Source: a virus (taxonomy: Duplodnaviria > Caudoviricetes). From it: 33,519 nucleotides of DNA. Position 1 is the first letter of the stretch; every line of letters begins with the position of its first letter. The notes below the pieces were generated by a model. The model had not been told where the DNA came from. It did no database searches and saw nothing but the letters and a program-made list of their open reading frames with translations. Positions 1 through 9,235 of this stretch are shown here, piece by piece. The DNA is taken from positions 1 through 33,519 of IMG/VR virus record IMGVR_UViG_3300037802_000064. One strand, 5' to 3'. Both the position numbers and the translations under genes were made by a program.

Positions 1-137
1 ACGATTGTTCGGCTGTTGTAGTTCCTTTGATTGCCAATTGCCTCAATTCATCCTCTCTTTTTTCTGACTCTGAAATCTCTTTGTCAATGGCTTTGATTTG
101 TGCGTCTGTCCTCCTGTCAATTTGTTTGATGACTTCT
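1..137. repeat. Terminal direct repeat (left copy); circularity/assembly overlap
   Basis: 1-137 matches 33383-33519 except G11 vs T33393. Confidence 0.97.
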
Positions 138-3115
138 GTTGTGAATCCTTTGAAAGCATCCAATCTTTTTTTGAGGATGGCTTTGTCTTTGTCAGACATT
201 TTTGATTGTGTTGATTCTGTGGAATCCAAAATTTGCTCATTTGCCTCCTTTGTTGCATTGACTTTCTCATCTTGGAAATCCTTATATTGTGCATTTTCTT
301 TGATTCTCAACAAATCAATCTCAGCCATTAAAATTTTCTCAGATTCTAAAATTAGAACATTTGCCTCATCTTGAGTCAATTTTTTCTCATCAACTGATTT
401 TTTTAAAAACAAAAGGAATTTTTCTTGTTCTTTCTCTTTTTGAGTGATTGCAAATTCAGTTGTCTCCCTAACTTGTTTATTTTGGAGTTCCTGTTTTTTT
501 GCCAATAATTCATTATACAATGTTAAGTCAACCTGATTCCCAGCCTTGATGAATTCAATTGAGGTTGCCTCCTCCTCTCTGGCTTTCAATTCAGCCTCAA
601 TTTTTTGCTCCATGTTTTGTATATCATAATTGACCTCCTCTTTCCTTATCTCCTCCATTATTTTCACCCTCTCACCCATGATTTTGTTTCTCTCTTTCTC
701 ATATATATTGACAATTTTTGCCACTTTTATTTTGCTTTTTGAGGATTTTGATGACTTTCTATCTATTTTTAAACCAATTTTTTTTGTCTCATTTTGTGTC
801 TGAGCCAATTTTAATTGCTTCAATAAATTATCCAACTCGGCTTGGTTTAAATCCTTGTTGTTCATTGCCATTTTCACTGCCTCTGTCCTTGCTTTTTTCA
901 ATCCCTCCATTCTTTTGACAGATTGTTCATAAGTCAGATTGAATCCCTCAGTCCCAGAGAATCCCAGCATAAAATCAGAAATATTACGACCCTCATATTT
1001 AATTGTCTCGGCATCCTTTTGAATTGCATCCTGTAAAACTTGAGATTTTTTCTGGATGTCAGAAATCTCCATGTCCAATCTCTCCTCTTTTAATTTAGCA
1101 ATTTTCTCCTCTGATGCGTTTGCTTGTTCAAGTTTGGCAATCTCCAAATCAATTTCAGCAATTCTCTGTTTTGAGTCATCATCAATTCCCTTGAATGTTT
1201 CCTGTTGTTGTTTTCTCAATCTCTCATAAGATTCTGTCAACATATCCAGATTCAAAGTGGTTTCCTCAACAGAGTCTCCAAACAAGTCCAGAGATGCAAT
1301 GGCTGTGGCAACCAGACCAGCAAAAAGACCAATTGGATTGGATTTGGTTGCAACATTAAACATTTTCATTGACCTTGTTGCCACCCTCAATCCCCTACTA
1401 AAAGCAATTGACACAAACTTTGCTGTGACCATTAAACCATTATATATTGAGGTAGCCAGATTGATTCCAATCATTATTCCCTTATAAATCACAAACCATT
1501 TGACAACTTTTCCAATGACTGTCAACATTAATTCTAAATTGTTAATCAAAAATTTAATTGCGTTTTTGATTTTTTCAACTGCTCCTCCTGACTCTGTTGC
1601 TCCAAGTATCATCCCTTGCCATTTGGAATTCAAAAGAGCCAATTGACCATCAATGGTGTCCAATTGTTTGTCTGACATCTCCTGTAATTCAGCATTAACA
1701 TCAGTGATTGAATCTCTCAATCCAATCAATGTGTCTGTATTATTTAAAAAGGTTTTGAATGCACTGACTGACCTTTTATCAGTCAACTCCAGTGCTGTTG
1801 CAACATCAATCCCCTTTGCCTCCAATTCTGCAAAGGCTGGAGCAAGTTCATCCAGATTTTTGATTGGTCTCCCAAGTGCTGTTGCTAAATCTCCAGAGCT
1901 ATCAGCTAAATTCAACAAAATATTTCTGGTTGCTGTGGCTGATGAGGATGCATCAAATCCAGCATTTGCCAAAACACCCAGCAATGATGTTGTGTCCTCA
2001 ATTGAGAATCCCAGTGCTGATGATACTGGAGCAACCTTTGACATGGCTGTCCCCAAATATTCCATGTTGAGTGCTGATTTTGTTGTGGCAACACCCAACA
2101 CAGATGCAACCCTGTCCATCTCTGTTGCCTCCAAATTGAATGCTCTCAATGTTGACCCAGCAATGAATGAGGCATCTGCCAACTCTGTCCCTGTGGCTGA
2201 TGCCAGTGCCAAAATTGATTCTGTTGATGCCAATATCTCGGATGTTGAGAATCCTAATTTTGCCAACTCCAAAGACAACCCAGCAACCTCAGAGGCTGTG
2301 AATTTTGTGGATTCTCCCAAAGCCAGTGCATTTTGAGTTAATAAGTCCAATTCCACTGCTGATGCTCCAGATATTGCACCCAGATTTGCAATGGCTGAGT
2401 CAAAATTTGTTATTATTCTAAATGAATTTTTTACCAATGACACAGCACCCATAATGCCTCCCATAAATCCAAAAGCACTTGCAACAGATTTCAATCTCAT
2501 CCCTAATTTTCCCCATGCTGATGAGTAGTTTCCAACATTCCTTTGTGATTGTCCAACACTCCTGTCAACTCTTTTTAATTTTGCATCAAGTTGCTGGATG
2601 GTTTTTAATAGTTTTTTTCCCTCAACAGTGTTTTGTTTTTCGGCAACAGCTAAATTTTTATATTTGTTTCTTAATGTGTTTAATCTCTTTGACATTTTTG
2701 AATAAGCCTGTCCCTCTTGTTTGGCTAATTTCAAATTTTTGGCTTTTATTTTAGCCAATCTCTCCTCCTCTTTCCTTTGTTGAATTAATGTTTTATTTTT
2801 TTGTTGTTTGAGTCTCTCATTGTCGGCATCCAATTTGCTCAACTCTCTTTGGGTCTTGACTTTCTCTCTGTCAACAACTTCCAATTGCTTTGATGCCTCT
2901 GTCACTGTCTTGATTGCACCAGCTCTTTTTTTGAGTTGTTCAGTGTTTTTCAAATCTTTGGCACTGGCTTGGAGTATTTTTTTATTTATAGCCAACATCT
3001 CTTTGAGTTCACCTTGCAAAGCATTAAGCATCTTAATATATTCGGATGCTGATTTTCTGGCATTTGCAAAAATGTCTCCCTGAAAAATGTCCTGTTCTGT
3101 TATTCTTTTACCCAT
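1..3115 (-). CDS. Tail tape measure protein, N-terminal part (continues across the join to 32787; about 1236 aa in total)
   Basis: Absent from the ORF track because it runs off the end. ATG at 3115 gives MGKRITEQDIFQGD..., coiled coil, QRNVGNY motif and an Ala/Gly/Leu-rich TMP core; frame matches ORF 32787..33428 through the terminal repeat. Confidence 0.9.
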   Translation of the reverse strand, partial: MGKRITEQDIFQGDIFANARKSASEYIKMLNALQGELKEMLAINKKILQASAKDLKNTEQLKKRAGAIKTVTEASKQLEVVDREKVKTQRELSKLDADNERLKQQKNKTLIQQRKEEERLAKIKAKNLKLAKQEGQAYSKMSKRLNTLRNKYKNLAVAEKQNTVEGKKLLKTIQQLDAKLKRVDRSVGQSQRNVGNYSSAWGKLGMRLKSVASAFGFMGGIMGAVSLVKNSFRIITNFDSAIANLGAISGASAVELDLLTQNALALGESTKFTASEVAGLSLELAKLGFSTSEILASTESILALASATGTELADASFIAGSTLRAFNLEATEMDRVASVLGVATTKSALNMEYLGTAMSKVAPVSSALGFSIEDTTSLLGVLANAGFDASSSATATRNILLNLADSSGDLATALGRPIKNLDELAPAFAELEAKGIDVATALELTDKRSVSAFKTFLNNTDTLIGLRDSITDVNAELQEMSDKQLDTIDGQLALLNSKWQGMILGATESGGAVEKIKNAIKFLINNLELMLTVIGKVVKWFVIYKGIMIGINLATSIYNGLMVTAKFVSIAFSRGLRVATRSMKMFNVATKSNPIGLFAGLVATAIASLDLFGDSVEETTLNLDMLTESYERLRKQQQETFKGIDDDSKQRIAEIDLEIAKLEQANASEEKIAKLKEERLDMEISDIQKKSQVLQDAIQKDAETIKYEGRNISDFMLGFSGTEGFNLTYEQSVKRMEGLKKARTEAVKMAMNNKDLNQAELDNLLKQLKLAQTQNETKKIGLKIDRKSSKSSKSKIKVAKIVNIYEKERNKIMGERVKIMEEIRKEEVNYDIQNMEQKIEAELKAREEEATSIEFIKAGNQVDLTLYNELLAKKQELQNKQVRETTEFAITQKEKEQEKFLLFLKKSVDEKKLTQDEANVLILESEKILMAEIDLLRIKENAQYKDFQDEKVNATKEANEQILDSTESTQSKMSDKDKAILKKRLDAFKGFTTEVIKQIDRRTDAQIKAIDKEISESEKREDELRQLAIKGTTTAEQS

Positions 3116-3554
3116 CTTTTTGCATTATTTTAATGTATGTATAAAATCTTTTAACTGATGTTTTGTTCACATCCAAACCAATGGACATATATTTCTCAAT
3201 AATGGCAACATCCTCCTCAAAGGATGATGATTTCTTTTTTTTTCCATCAACCTCATTGAGTTTCATTTGCTCAATTGCAATGACAGACTCCAAAGACTTG
3301 TTGTCTTTTAACCATCTGTCAATCATTAATTTTGCAATTTTATCCTCAATCTCCATCCTCCTCATCAATTCTTTTGCCAATCCAAAATGTTGCAAATATT
3401 CATCATATAAATTTGACCAATTATCCTCAATCTTTTTTTTGTTTTTATATAAAAATTTTTCTGTGAAATCTCCTTTGAGTGTATATTTCAAATCTCCAGT
3501 GGTGAGGACTTTGTGAAAATTAAAAACAGGCATTATTTCAATTGATTCCCACAT
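3108..3554 (-). CDS. Hypothetical protein, possible tail assembly chaperone
   Basis: ORF directly upstream of TMP; likely start MWESIE at 3554; function inferred from position only. Confidence 0.5.
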   Translation of the reverse strand: MWESIEIMPVFNFHKVLTTGDLKYTLKGDFTEKFLYKNKKKIEDNWSNLYDEYLQHFGLAKELMRRMEIEDKIAKLMIDRWLKDNKSLESVIAIEQMKLNEVDGKKKKSSSFEEDVAIIEKYMSIGLDVNKTSVKRFYTYIKIMQKDG

Positions 3555-3555
3555 A

Positions 3556-4005
3556 TCACATCCCTCTTGAGATTTGTTGTTGAATATTTTTTTGAATATA
3601 TGGAATAAGTGCATTTATAAAATAATTCATGTTTTTTTCTGTCAATCCATATATGTTCTCTCCATACTCATCCTCAAGGTCAACAGTCCCTTTGTCACCA
3701 ACTTTGATGGAATCACCATCAATCTCCAATCCATGCTCATCCAATATCACCTCAAAACTCCTCCAGAATTGTCCTGTGTCTCTCAACATGATTGGTCTGT
3801 CAGGTTTGCCAAAAATCATTTGTGAGGTCTCTGAGTAATTTCTCAAAATTGTGCCATCACTCAATTCACCAAATTCCAATTGTTTGTCTGTATTCAAATG
3901 GACAACTAATTCTTTTAAAAAAGGATTTGTTGACATGGTTTTGAAAAAAATTTGTCCCTGTCTCAGCCTTTGAAAATTATTTGCTAACTTAAATAATGCC
4001 TCCAT
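3556..4005 (-). CDS. Putative neck/tail-completion (virion morphogenesis-like) protein
   Basis: 149 aa; LRDTGQFWRSF resembles the L.DTG.L..S motif; lies in tail module. Confidence 0.55.
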   Translation of the reverse strand: MEALFKLANNFQRLRQGQIFFKTMSTNPFLKELVVHLNTDKQLEFGELSDGTILRNYSETSQMIFGKPDRPIMLRDTGQFWRSFEVILDEHGLEIDGDSIKVGDKGTVDLEDEYGENIYGLTEKNMNYFINALIPYIQKNIQQQISRGM

Positions 4006-4016
4006 ATTTTAAATAT

Positions 4017-4045
4017 AAAAAAAAGAGTCCCACATGGAGACTCTT
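4017..4045 (-). terminator. Rho-independent terminator
   Basis: AAGAGTC...GACTCTT stem followed by a U-run on the minus strand. Confidence 0.75.
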
Positions 4046-4072
4046 AATTTAAACATTTTATTGTTCAATTTA

Positions 4073-4246
4073 TTATTTGTTGCTTTCTTTTTTCTTTTTA
4101 GGTTTCTTTTTTCCAGTAATTTCAAAATAAATCTTTGAACAATTCTCACCTAATTTTTGAAAATAAGTTTTTTTAAATTGGTTTTCTGACATGGATTTTA
4201 TTGCCTCCACATTAAACTCATGTTTCCCAATTTTTTTCCAACTCAT
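4073..4246 (-). CDS. Small basic hypothetical protein (57 aa)
   Basis: MSWKKIGKHEFNVEAIKSMS...; ATG overlaps the upstream stop (TAATG); below ORF-track cutoff. Confidence 0.65.
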   Translation of the reverse strand: MSWKKIGKHEFNVEAIKSMSENQFKKTYFQKLGENCSKIYFEITGKKKPKKKKESNK

Positions 4247-5151
4247 TACAGTGCAATAAATGTGCTATCAGCTAAACAATTGAAGTCATATCTATCTTTT
4301 GAGGCTGTTAATTCTAAGACATCACCTGTTGTCTGTGCTGGAATAACAAAATCATACACTCCTGACCCTGATGCTGTCACACTACCAATCACAATTGGAG
4401 CTGATGTTGTCAAGTTTGTAAGTGTAAAGTCTCCAGCAATTAAGCCATCAACATTTGTTCCATAATTAGTTGTCAAAGTCACTTGGAAATCTGTTGCACT
4501 TGATGGCACTGGTGTCCCACATACATCAAGTAAACCATATAAGTCAGCACATGAATAATCTAACTCATCAGCACTAATCAATTTGATATTTTCATCCAAC
4601 ATTGATTGTTTCCATTGAAATTTAATCATAATCATTGCCACCTCTGAGTCTGTTGCCTCAACAAATTGCACATCCAATGTGTTTTTGTCAATTAGAATCG
4701 GTCTCAATACTGTATTTGTTGAGCCTTTGTATCCCATAAGATTTCCAGACTTGTCAATGATATATGCTCCAAAATCTGAGCATCCTATCAATTTTAATTG
4801 ACCCACCAATTCTCTTGGTGCTTGGACAATATATCCAGTAAAATTTTTGAATCCATCTCTCACCTTTGCTTTGTTTCCTGAGTTAAACTCTTGAAAAACT
4901 GCCTCATCTCTGATGTTTTCAACATTTTCCAGTTCTGGAGTTGGCAACCATCTGTCCTCAAATGAGACAGCGTTCAACCATGTTTCAACAACAGCGAATG
5001 ACTCAAGGTCAGATGCTGACCTCTCTTTGACTGACCCTGTTGAGTCCAGTTCTGTGTCAAATATTAGACACCTTGTGATGTCTCCAATTGCCACACATGA
5101 GGGAATCCCAGTGTTTAATGAGACATCATTACAATTGCATACACTTGCCAT
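4246..5151 (-). CDS. Putative major tail (tube) protein with C-terminal Ig-like extension
   Basis: 301 aa, upstream of TMP, own promoter and downstream terminator; Cys-rich N-terminus (CNC...NTGIPSC); Thr-rich beta-type C-terminus. Confidence 0.65.
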   Translation of the reverse strand: MASVCNCNDVSLNTGIPSCVAIGDITRCLIFDTELDSTGSVKERSASDLESFAVVETWLNAVSFEDRWLPTPELENVENIRDEAVFQEFNSGNKAKVRDGFKNFTGYIVQAPRELVGQLKLIGCSDFGAYIIDKSGNLMGYKGSTNTVLRPILIDKNTLDVQFVEATDSEVAMIMIKFQWKQSMLDENIKLISADELDYSCADLYGLLDVCGTPVPSSATDFQVTLTTNYGTNVDGLIAGDFTLTNLTTSAPIVIGSVTASGSGVYDFVIPAQTTGDVLELTASKDRYDFNCLADSTFIAL

Positions 5152-5187
5152 AATAATTTTTTTTTAGTTTATAATAATAATTTAGGA

Positions 5188-5202
5188 CAAATATAAAACA
5201 TT
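5188..5202 (-). promoter_or_regulatory. Bacteroidota-type -7 promoter (TATATTTG) preceded by AATGTTT
   Basis: Matches TAnnTTTG about 36 nt upstream of the tail gene. Confidence 0.6.
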
Positions 5203-5301
5203 AATTTATTTTTGATTATTCACACACAATTTGACTGAGGTGTGTATTTAAAGACTTTTAAAGCATTCAAATAATATTTTGGATATATGACACCACTGGA
5301 C

Positions 5302-5333
5302 AAAAAAAATCCCACACATTAAATGCATGGGAC
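5302..5333 (-). terminator. Rho-independent terminator after ardC
   Basis: GTCCCATGCA...TGTGTGGGAT stem plus U-run. Confidence 0.7.
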
Positions 5334-5356
5334 TTGGATGAGGTTGAGTGATTTTT

Positions 5357-6313
5357 TTATTTGCCTGTCAAAATATACTCAACAGCCTTTGTGGATTGTT
5401 GTGATGCTTGGAGAATCATTTTTGGTTTGTCTTTTAATTCTTTTATCCATCCATTAATATATGCCTGAGAATTTTTCTCATCTGATTTTGGAGTCAATCC
5501 AATGATTGATGATAAAAACTCAGCACCAATCTCAGCCACTAACTCCTCTTTTGAATAATTAGTTGAGCCAAATCCTTGAGACTCAACAAGAGTTTTTCTG
5601 TTTAAGCAATCCTCATGACCAGTTGAATGAATCAACTCATGAAATAAAACATGGTAATAATCATCAGATGATAAGAATGAATCCATCTCAGGCATCTGGA
5701 CTGAGTGTGTTGATGGTCTATAATATGCACTATTGCCACCATGATTCAAAAATGGTTTTTTATTATAATTATCATAAACAGCCTCAGCATCTTTGATGAT
5801 TTCATTTTGAGTTTTCTCATCCATTGGTTGAGGTTTTCTTATTGGCTCAATTCCATCACACTGAGCAATGTTGAAAACTCTCCAAATCTTTGGAGTGAAA
5901 AACTTTTGCACTCCTTTGTCATTCTCTTTCAATCCATCTTTCTCAAGTTCTTTTTTGTTTCTGTAATATTTGCCAGTTGGTGTGTATTTGAAAGATATTA
6001 TCCAATAAATTGTCTCTGTTGATTTCTCACCCTTTCTCACATTCCCTCCTTTGTCTTGAGCCTGTTTGAATGACACCCACTCATTGCACTCATATCCACA
6101 AAATACAGCCTGAGAATTTAAAAGAAATATATTTATCCCTCTGTATTCTTTGCCAGTTGCATTGTTGATTGGTGAAAGGTGATTCCCATATTTATCAGTC
6201 CATGACTTAAACCATGATAACCCTTTCTCTTTCAGTCCCTCAATCACTCTGTCTGTGACTAATTGATAAACATCAACTCTTTCTTTTTTTGTGTAATTTT
6301 TAACTTTTTTCAT
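5357..6313 (-). CDS. ardC: ArdC-family antirestriction protein (ssDNA-binding domain plus zincin-like metallopeptidase domain)
   Basis: N..TGKEYRGIN, WVSFKQ...GGNVRKGEK, VFNIAQ, AYYRP..H.VQMP, HELIHSTGH, YSKEELVAEIGA, AYINGW. Confidence 0.92.
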   Translation of the reverse strand: MKKVKNYTKKERVDVYQLVTDRVIEGLKEKGLSWFKSWTDKYGNHLSPINNATGKEYRGINIFLLNSQAVFCGYECNEWVSFKQAQDKGGNVRKGEKSTETIYWIISFKYTPTGKYYRNKKELEKDGLKENDKGVQKFFTPKIWRVFNIAQCDGIEPIRKPQPMDEKTQNEIIKDAEAVYDNYNKKPFLNHGGNSAYYRPSTHSVQMPEMDSFLSSDDYYHVLFHELIHSTGHEDCLNRKTLVESQGFGSTNYSKEELVAEIGAEFLSSIIGLTPKSDEKNSQAYINGWIKELKDKPKMILQASQQSTKAVEYILTGK

Positions 6314-6347
6314 GTCTTTTAGTTTTGATTTATATTGTTTGTTGGGA

Positions 6348-6377
6348 CAAAGTTAATGCAATATTTGATATATCAAA
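6348..6377 (-). promoter_or_regulatory. Bacteroidota sigmaA-type promoter for ardC with overlapping palindrome
   Basis: TTTG-N18-TAACTTTG; perfect palindrome TTTGATATATCAAA at 6364-6377. Confidence 0.75.
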
Positions 6378-6398
6378 CAGTTTAAGAGAAAAAAATGC

Positions 6399-6428
6399 AA
6401 AAAAAAGGTGAGATTTTTGGTCTCACCT
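6399..6428 (-). terminator. Rho-independent terminator
   Basis: AGGTGAGA-N7-TCTCACCT plus U-run. Confidence 0.75.
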
Positions 6429-6452
6429 CTGTAAAATAAAAGTAATTTTTTT

Positions 6453-6959
6453 TTAAAATACTTTAAATATTAATTTTGTTTTGCAAAATTCTGTCCACTC
6501 ACCAAACCAATTTTTTGGATTGTGCTTTCTTTTTGTTATAACCACAGCATCTTTGTCAATTCTTAGGATGTTGAATTTACCTCTCCAAAAATTCAGACTC
6601 AATGAATCAAACCATGTATGGTTTTTTATAAACACTCTCCTCCATGACTCTTTGAATCTGGTTGATGATAATTGCTCACAGTTATTGAAACACATCCTCA
6701 ATTCAATCTCCATCAATGTGAATCGGATTTCAGTTGGCATCAATGATGCTTTGTCATTTAGAATCTCAGAGGCTGGAGATTGTTTGATGTGAAAGTCAAT
6801 TGCGTGAGGTCTCTCAAAAAATACTTGAGATGAGAGGATTGTTGTATTGAACAACCTCAACTCAATGTCTGTGATGGTTGAAATTCTGTTTTGAATTTTG
6901 CTTAATCTGTGAGCATTTGCCACAGTGATTTTGTGTTTTCTGTTTAATAAAGTTTTCAT
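6453..6959 (-). CDS. Hypothetical protein
   Basis: 168 aa ORF; AAACAAAGAC-ATG start context shared with neighbours. Confidence 0.7.
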   Translation of the reverse strand: MKTLLNRKHKITVANAHRLSKIQNRISTITDIELRLFNTTILSSQVFFERPHAIDFHIKQSPASEILNDKASLMPTEIRFTLMEIELRMCFNNCEQLSSTRFKESWRRVFIKNHTWFDSLSLNFWRGKFNILRIDKDAVVITKRKHNPKNWFGEWTEFCKTKLIFKVF

Positions 6960-7119
6960 GTCTTTGTTTTAATTTATATATTCTAAAAGGTATTACTTCC
7001 GTATCATTACATATATCGCAACATCTAAATTTATTACTTTCCAGAGGTGCAGGATTATTCCCCAATCCTTTAAAATATGTATTGCACAAAATACATTTTG
7101 TTGTTTCTGTTGATTTCAT
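6862..7119 (-). CDS. Small Cys-rich putative zinc-binding protein
   Basis: CILC...GNNPAPL...RCCDICN; ATGA coupling to the upstream gene; C-terminus overlaps the next gene by 98 nt. Confidence 0.65.
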   Translation of the reverse strand: MKSTETTKCILCNTYFKGLGNNPAPLESNKFRCCDICNDTEVIPFRIYKLKQRHENFIKQKTQNHCGKCSQIKQNSKQNFNHHRH

Positions 7120-7373
7120 TTTCCTAAGTTTTCAAATTCATCAAGATGAGATTGAGTCTCAGCAAATTTGTCCTCAAGGTCACTATTAAATTCCAAAATT
7201 TCATCTGTCAATTCTTCAAATTCTTCTCCTTTCTCGCTATTTTGCCAATTTTCACTTCTCTCTTGAAATTTTTCATTTCTCTCATCAAGGATTTCATTGA
7301 TTTCGTGGTCAAATTCTTCTTTGAGTTCTTGCAATTTACTCAATAATTCCTTGAGGTTTTTTGTTGTTTTCAT
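7116..7373 (-). CDS. Acidic helical hypothetical protein
   Basis: 85 aa, very Glu/Asp-rich; RSENWQNSEKGE. Confidence 0.75.
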   Translation of the reverse strand: MKTTKNLKELLSKLQELKEEFDHEINEILDERNEKFQERSENWQNSEKGEEFEELTDEILEFNSDLEDKFAETQSHLDEFENLGK

Positions 7374-7395
7374 GTCTTTGTTTTTTAGTTTAGAT

Positions 7396-8052
7396 TTAAA
7401 AGAGTGATTGTTGTGTCATATTTTTTTTACTGATTATTCCAAAAGCCACTTCAAGAATTGTTTTTCCTGCTTCATAGTCAACAAGATTGTTAATCATTGA
7501 GTCTTTTCTTTTTTCTGCTTTATAGTTGCTCAAGTCAATCTCATGATATTTCTCCAGTATTGAGAGAGCAGGTTGATTCCACGCTGATTTTGGAGCTTTT
7601 CCATTCAGGTCATTAGGCAATAAAAAATTTGTCCAATAGAGATGTCTTCCTCTTTTTTTTGCTGGAATCAATGGGTCATAATATGGAATGACATTCTCAA
7701 CACAATATTTTCCTTTATAGTAATTCTCTAAGAAAATTATTTCCTCATATAGTGTCAGGTCTGGAAAGACTGGTCTATAATTCTCTTTATTGTGATTTTT
7801 AGATTGTGAGAATCTCATCCTGCTATGTGTTGGACAAGGAGGAGAAGACCAAATGAAATCAAAATTTTTATAATTTTCCAACAGATATTGATGTGCATCA
7901 CCTACAATCACCTTGTCTTGAGGGAATCTTTTTTGATACATTTTAGCCAGTTCAGGGTCTATCTCCACACCAGTCACTTCAATATCACTTTTCACCTCAT
8001 TCCATTTGTATCTGTTGCCACCGAGACAAGCATATAAATTCAGGATTTTCAT
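7396..8052 (-). CDS. Minimal DNA (cytosine-5)-methyltransferase, copy 1
   Basis: Motif I NLYACLGG, II VEID, IV SSPPCP, VI VENV, VIII-like RGRHLYW, X-like NNLV. Confidence 0.85.
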   Translation of the reverse strand: MKILNLYACLGGNRYKWNEVKSDIEVTGVEIDPELAKMYQKRFPQDKVIVGDAHQYLLENYKNFDFIWSSPPCPTHSRMRFSQSKNHNKENYRPVFPDLTLYEEIIFLENYYKGKYCVENVIPYYDPLIPAKKRGRHLYWTNFLLPNDLNGKAPKSAWNQPALSILEKYHEIDLSNYKAEKRKDSMINNLVDYEAGKTILEVAFGIISKKNMTQQSLF

Positions 8053-8064
8053 TTTGTTTAGTTA

Positions 8065-8223
8065 TTATTTTAAATTTTTTGTAAATAATTGATATAACTC
8101 CATTTCAATACTTTTATTAAATATTCCACACCCTTCATTTTCTATTTGTTCTCTTTGCTTTTTACTTAAAAGTTTCCAAATTGATTTAATTTCTTGTTGT
8201 GTTAAGTTTAATTGTGTTTTCAT
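8065..8223 (-). CDS. Small hypothetical protein (52 aa)
   Basis: MKTQLNLTQQEIKSIWKLL...; first ORF after a promoter; same AAACAAAGAC-ATG context. Confidence 0.7.
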   Translation of the reverse strand: MKTQLNLTQQEIKSIWKLLSKKQREQIENEGCGIFNKSIEMELYQLFTKNLK

Positions 8224-8260
8224 GTCTTTGTTTTTTTTAGTTGTTTAAAGTTTATGACAA

Positions 8261-8290
8261 CAAAGGTAATATAGTTTTTGATATATCCAA
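8261..8290 (-). promoter_or_regulatory. Bacteroidota-type promoter of the accessory cassette
   Basis: TTGG-N18-TACCTTTG; overlaps TTTGATATATCCAA. Confidence 0.75.
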
Positions 8291-8336
8291 CACTTTCATC
8301 ATATTTTTTTTATTTTTTTTTTATTGTGTCATTCTT

Positions 8337-8475
8337 ATCAAACATTGTGCCACAATATTGGACATATCAAATGATAAATATTTTCTCTTGAGGGAATTTT
8401 TGCCTAATCAAACATCTCTGTTTTTTGATATGCTTATGCCTTAGACACCACACAATGTCTTAAAACGCATTAAAA
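8337..8475 (+). repeat. 139-bp element, copy A (inverted relative to copy B)
   Basis: About 70% identical by hand alignment to the reverse complement of 27437-27575, in conserved blocks. Confidence 0.88.
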
Positions 8476-8508
8476 TTATGATTTGAGGGATGTTAATATT
8501 TTATAATA

Positions 8509-9228
8509 TTAGCATGATGGGAATGAAAAACATGGATTCTTTTTGATTGGCAAATTGATTTTTAGCTCAACTCCACTCACATTCTCATCAATTAATTTGG
8601 TGATGTTGTCCTCATATTTACCTTTTGACTTTGTTTTTTTAGACACCCAGACTCCAAAATTGGCTCTGTTTATTGTCTCATATTCATCAAAATCACCCAC
8701 AGAATTGTTGAGTCTTAATGTCTCAATTAAGTCATTTAAAAAATTATCCATTGGCTGAATTGCCAAATCATAATGTTGAGAAACATCCCAATCCTCAAAA
8801 TTGCTGGACATCAAAAGAAACAATCTCAGGTCTGAAATCCTGTCCAGTTTGTTTGTTCTGGAGTTAAATCTTTGCTCCCTTATTACTTCCAATAAATAAA
8901 CCATTGGGAGTTTGTCTCTCCACTCTCTGATGTTTGCCAATACGTTTTGGACTTGCATAGGTGTCCCATTGAAAAATTTGGGAGCTGGGATTGTGTATTG
9001 AGTTGACCCCAATGGAATCATCCCTCTGACACTTATCCATTGATTTATTTCAAAATCTATGATTTTATATTCAACACCACCAATGATGATGAAGTTTCCC
9101 ACTGTTGCATGATGTGTGTCACAGGTGTCAAACTGTGATTCTGTTGGAGTTGAGATGAGGTTTGTGATTGCCTCTGTGAATTGCAAACTCTCAACAATAT
9201 TTTTGATAAAATCAACAATGGTGAACAT
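8509..9228 (-). CDS. Putative virion structural protein (head closure/tail completion region)
   Basis: 239 aa at the end of the head operon; positional inference. Confidence 0.5.
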   Translation of the reverse strand: MFTIVDFIKNIVESLQFTEAITNLISTPTESQFDTCDTHHATVGNFIIIGGVEYKIIDFEINQWISVRGMIPLGSTQYTIPAPKFFNGTPMQVQNVLANIREWRDKLPMVYLLEVIREQRFNSRTNKLDRISDLRLFLLMSSNFEDWDVSQHYDLAIQPMDNFLNDLIETLRLNNSVGDFDEYETINRANFGVWVSKKTKSKGKYEDNITKLIDENVSGVELKINLPIKKNPCFSFPSC

Positions 9229-9235
9229 CTAAAAA

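Noticed and set aside
1-137. Biological terminal repeat of the virion DNA
   Set aside because: It falls mid-gene and has a length typical of an assembly overlap
27-3083. Plus-strand ORFs over the TMP gene and similar plus-strand ORFs elsewhere
   Set aside because: Antisense shadows of real minus-strand genes, mostly in one register, with no recognisable motifs
3108-4246. Programmed frameshift in a tail chaperone gene
   Set aside because: A-runs are common here and no overlapping second-frame ORF was evident
5238-5300. Possible third, degenerate copy of the 139-bp element
   Set aside because: Only short AT-rich similarity (TTAAAG..CTTTTAA.GC.TT); core blocks are missing
8241-8444. Plus-strand 67-aa ORF
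   Set aside because: Runs through a minus-strand promoter and poly-T tract with a TTG start; better explained by element A
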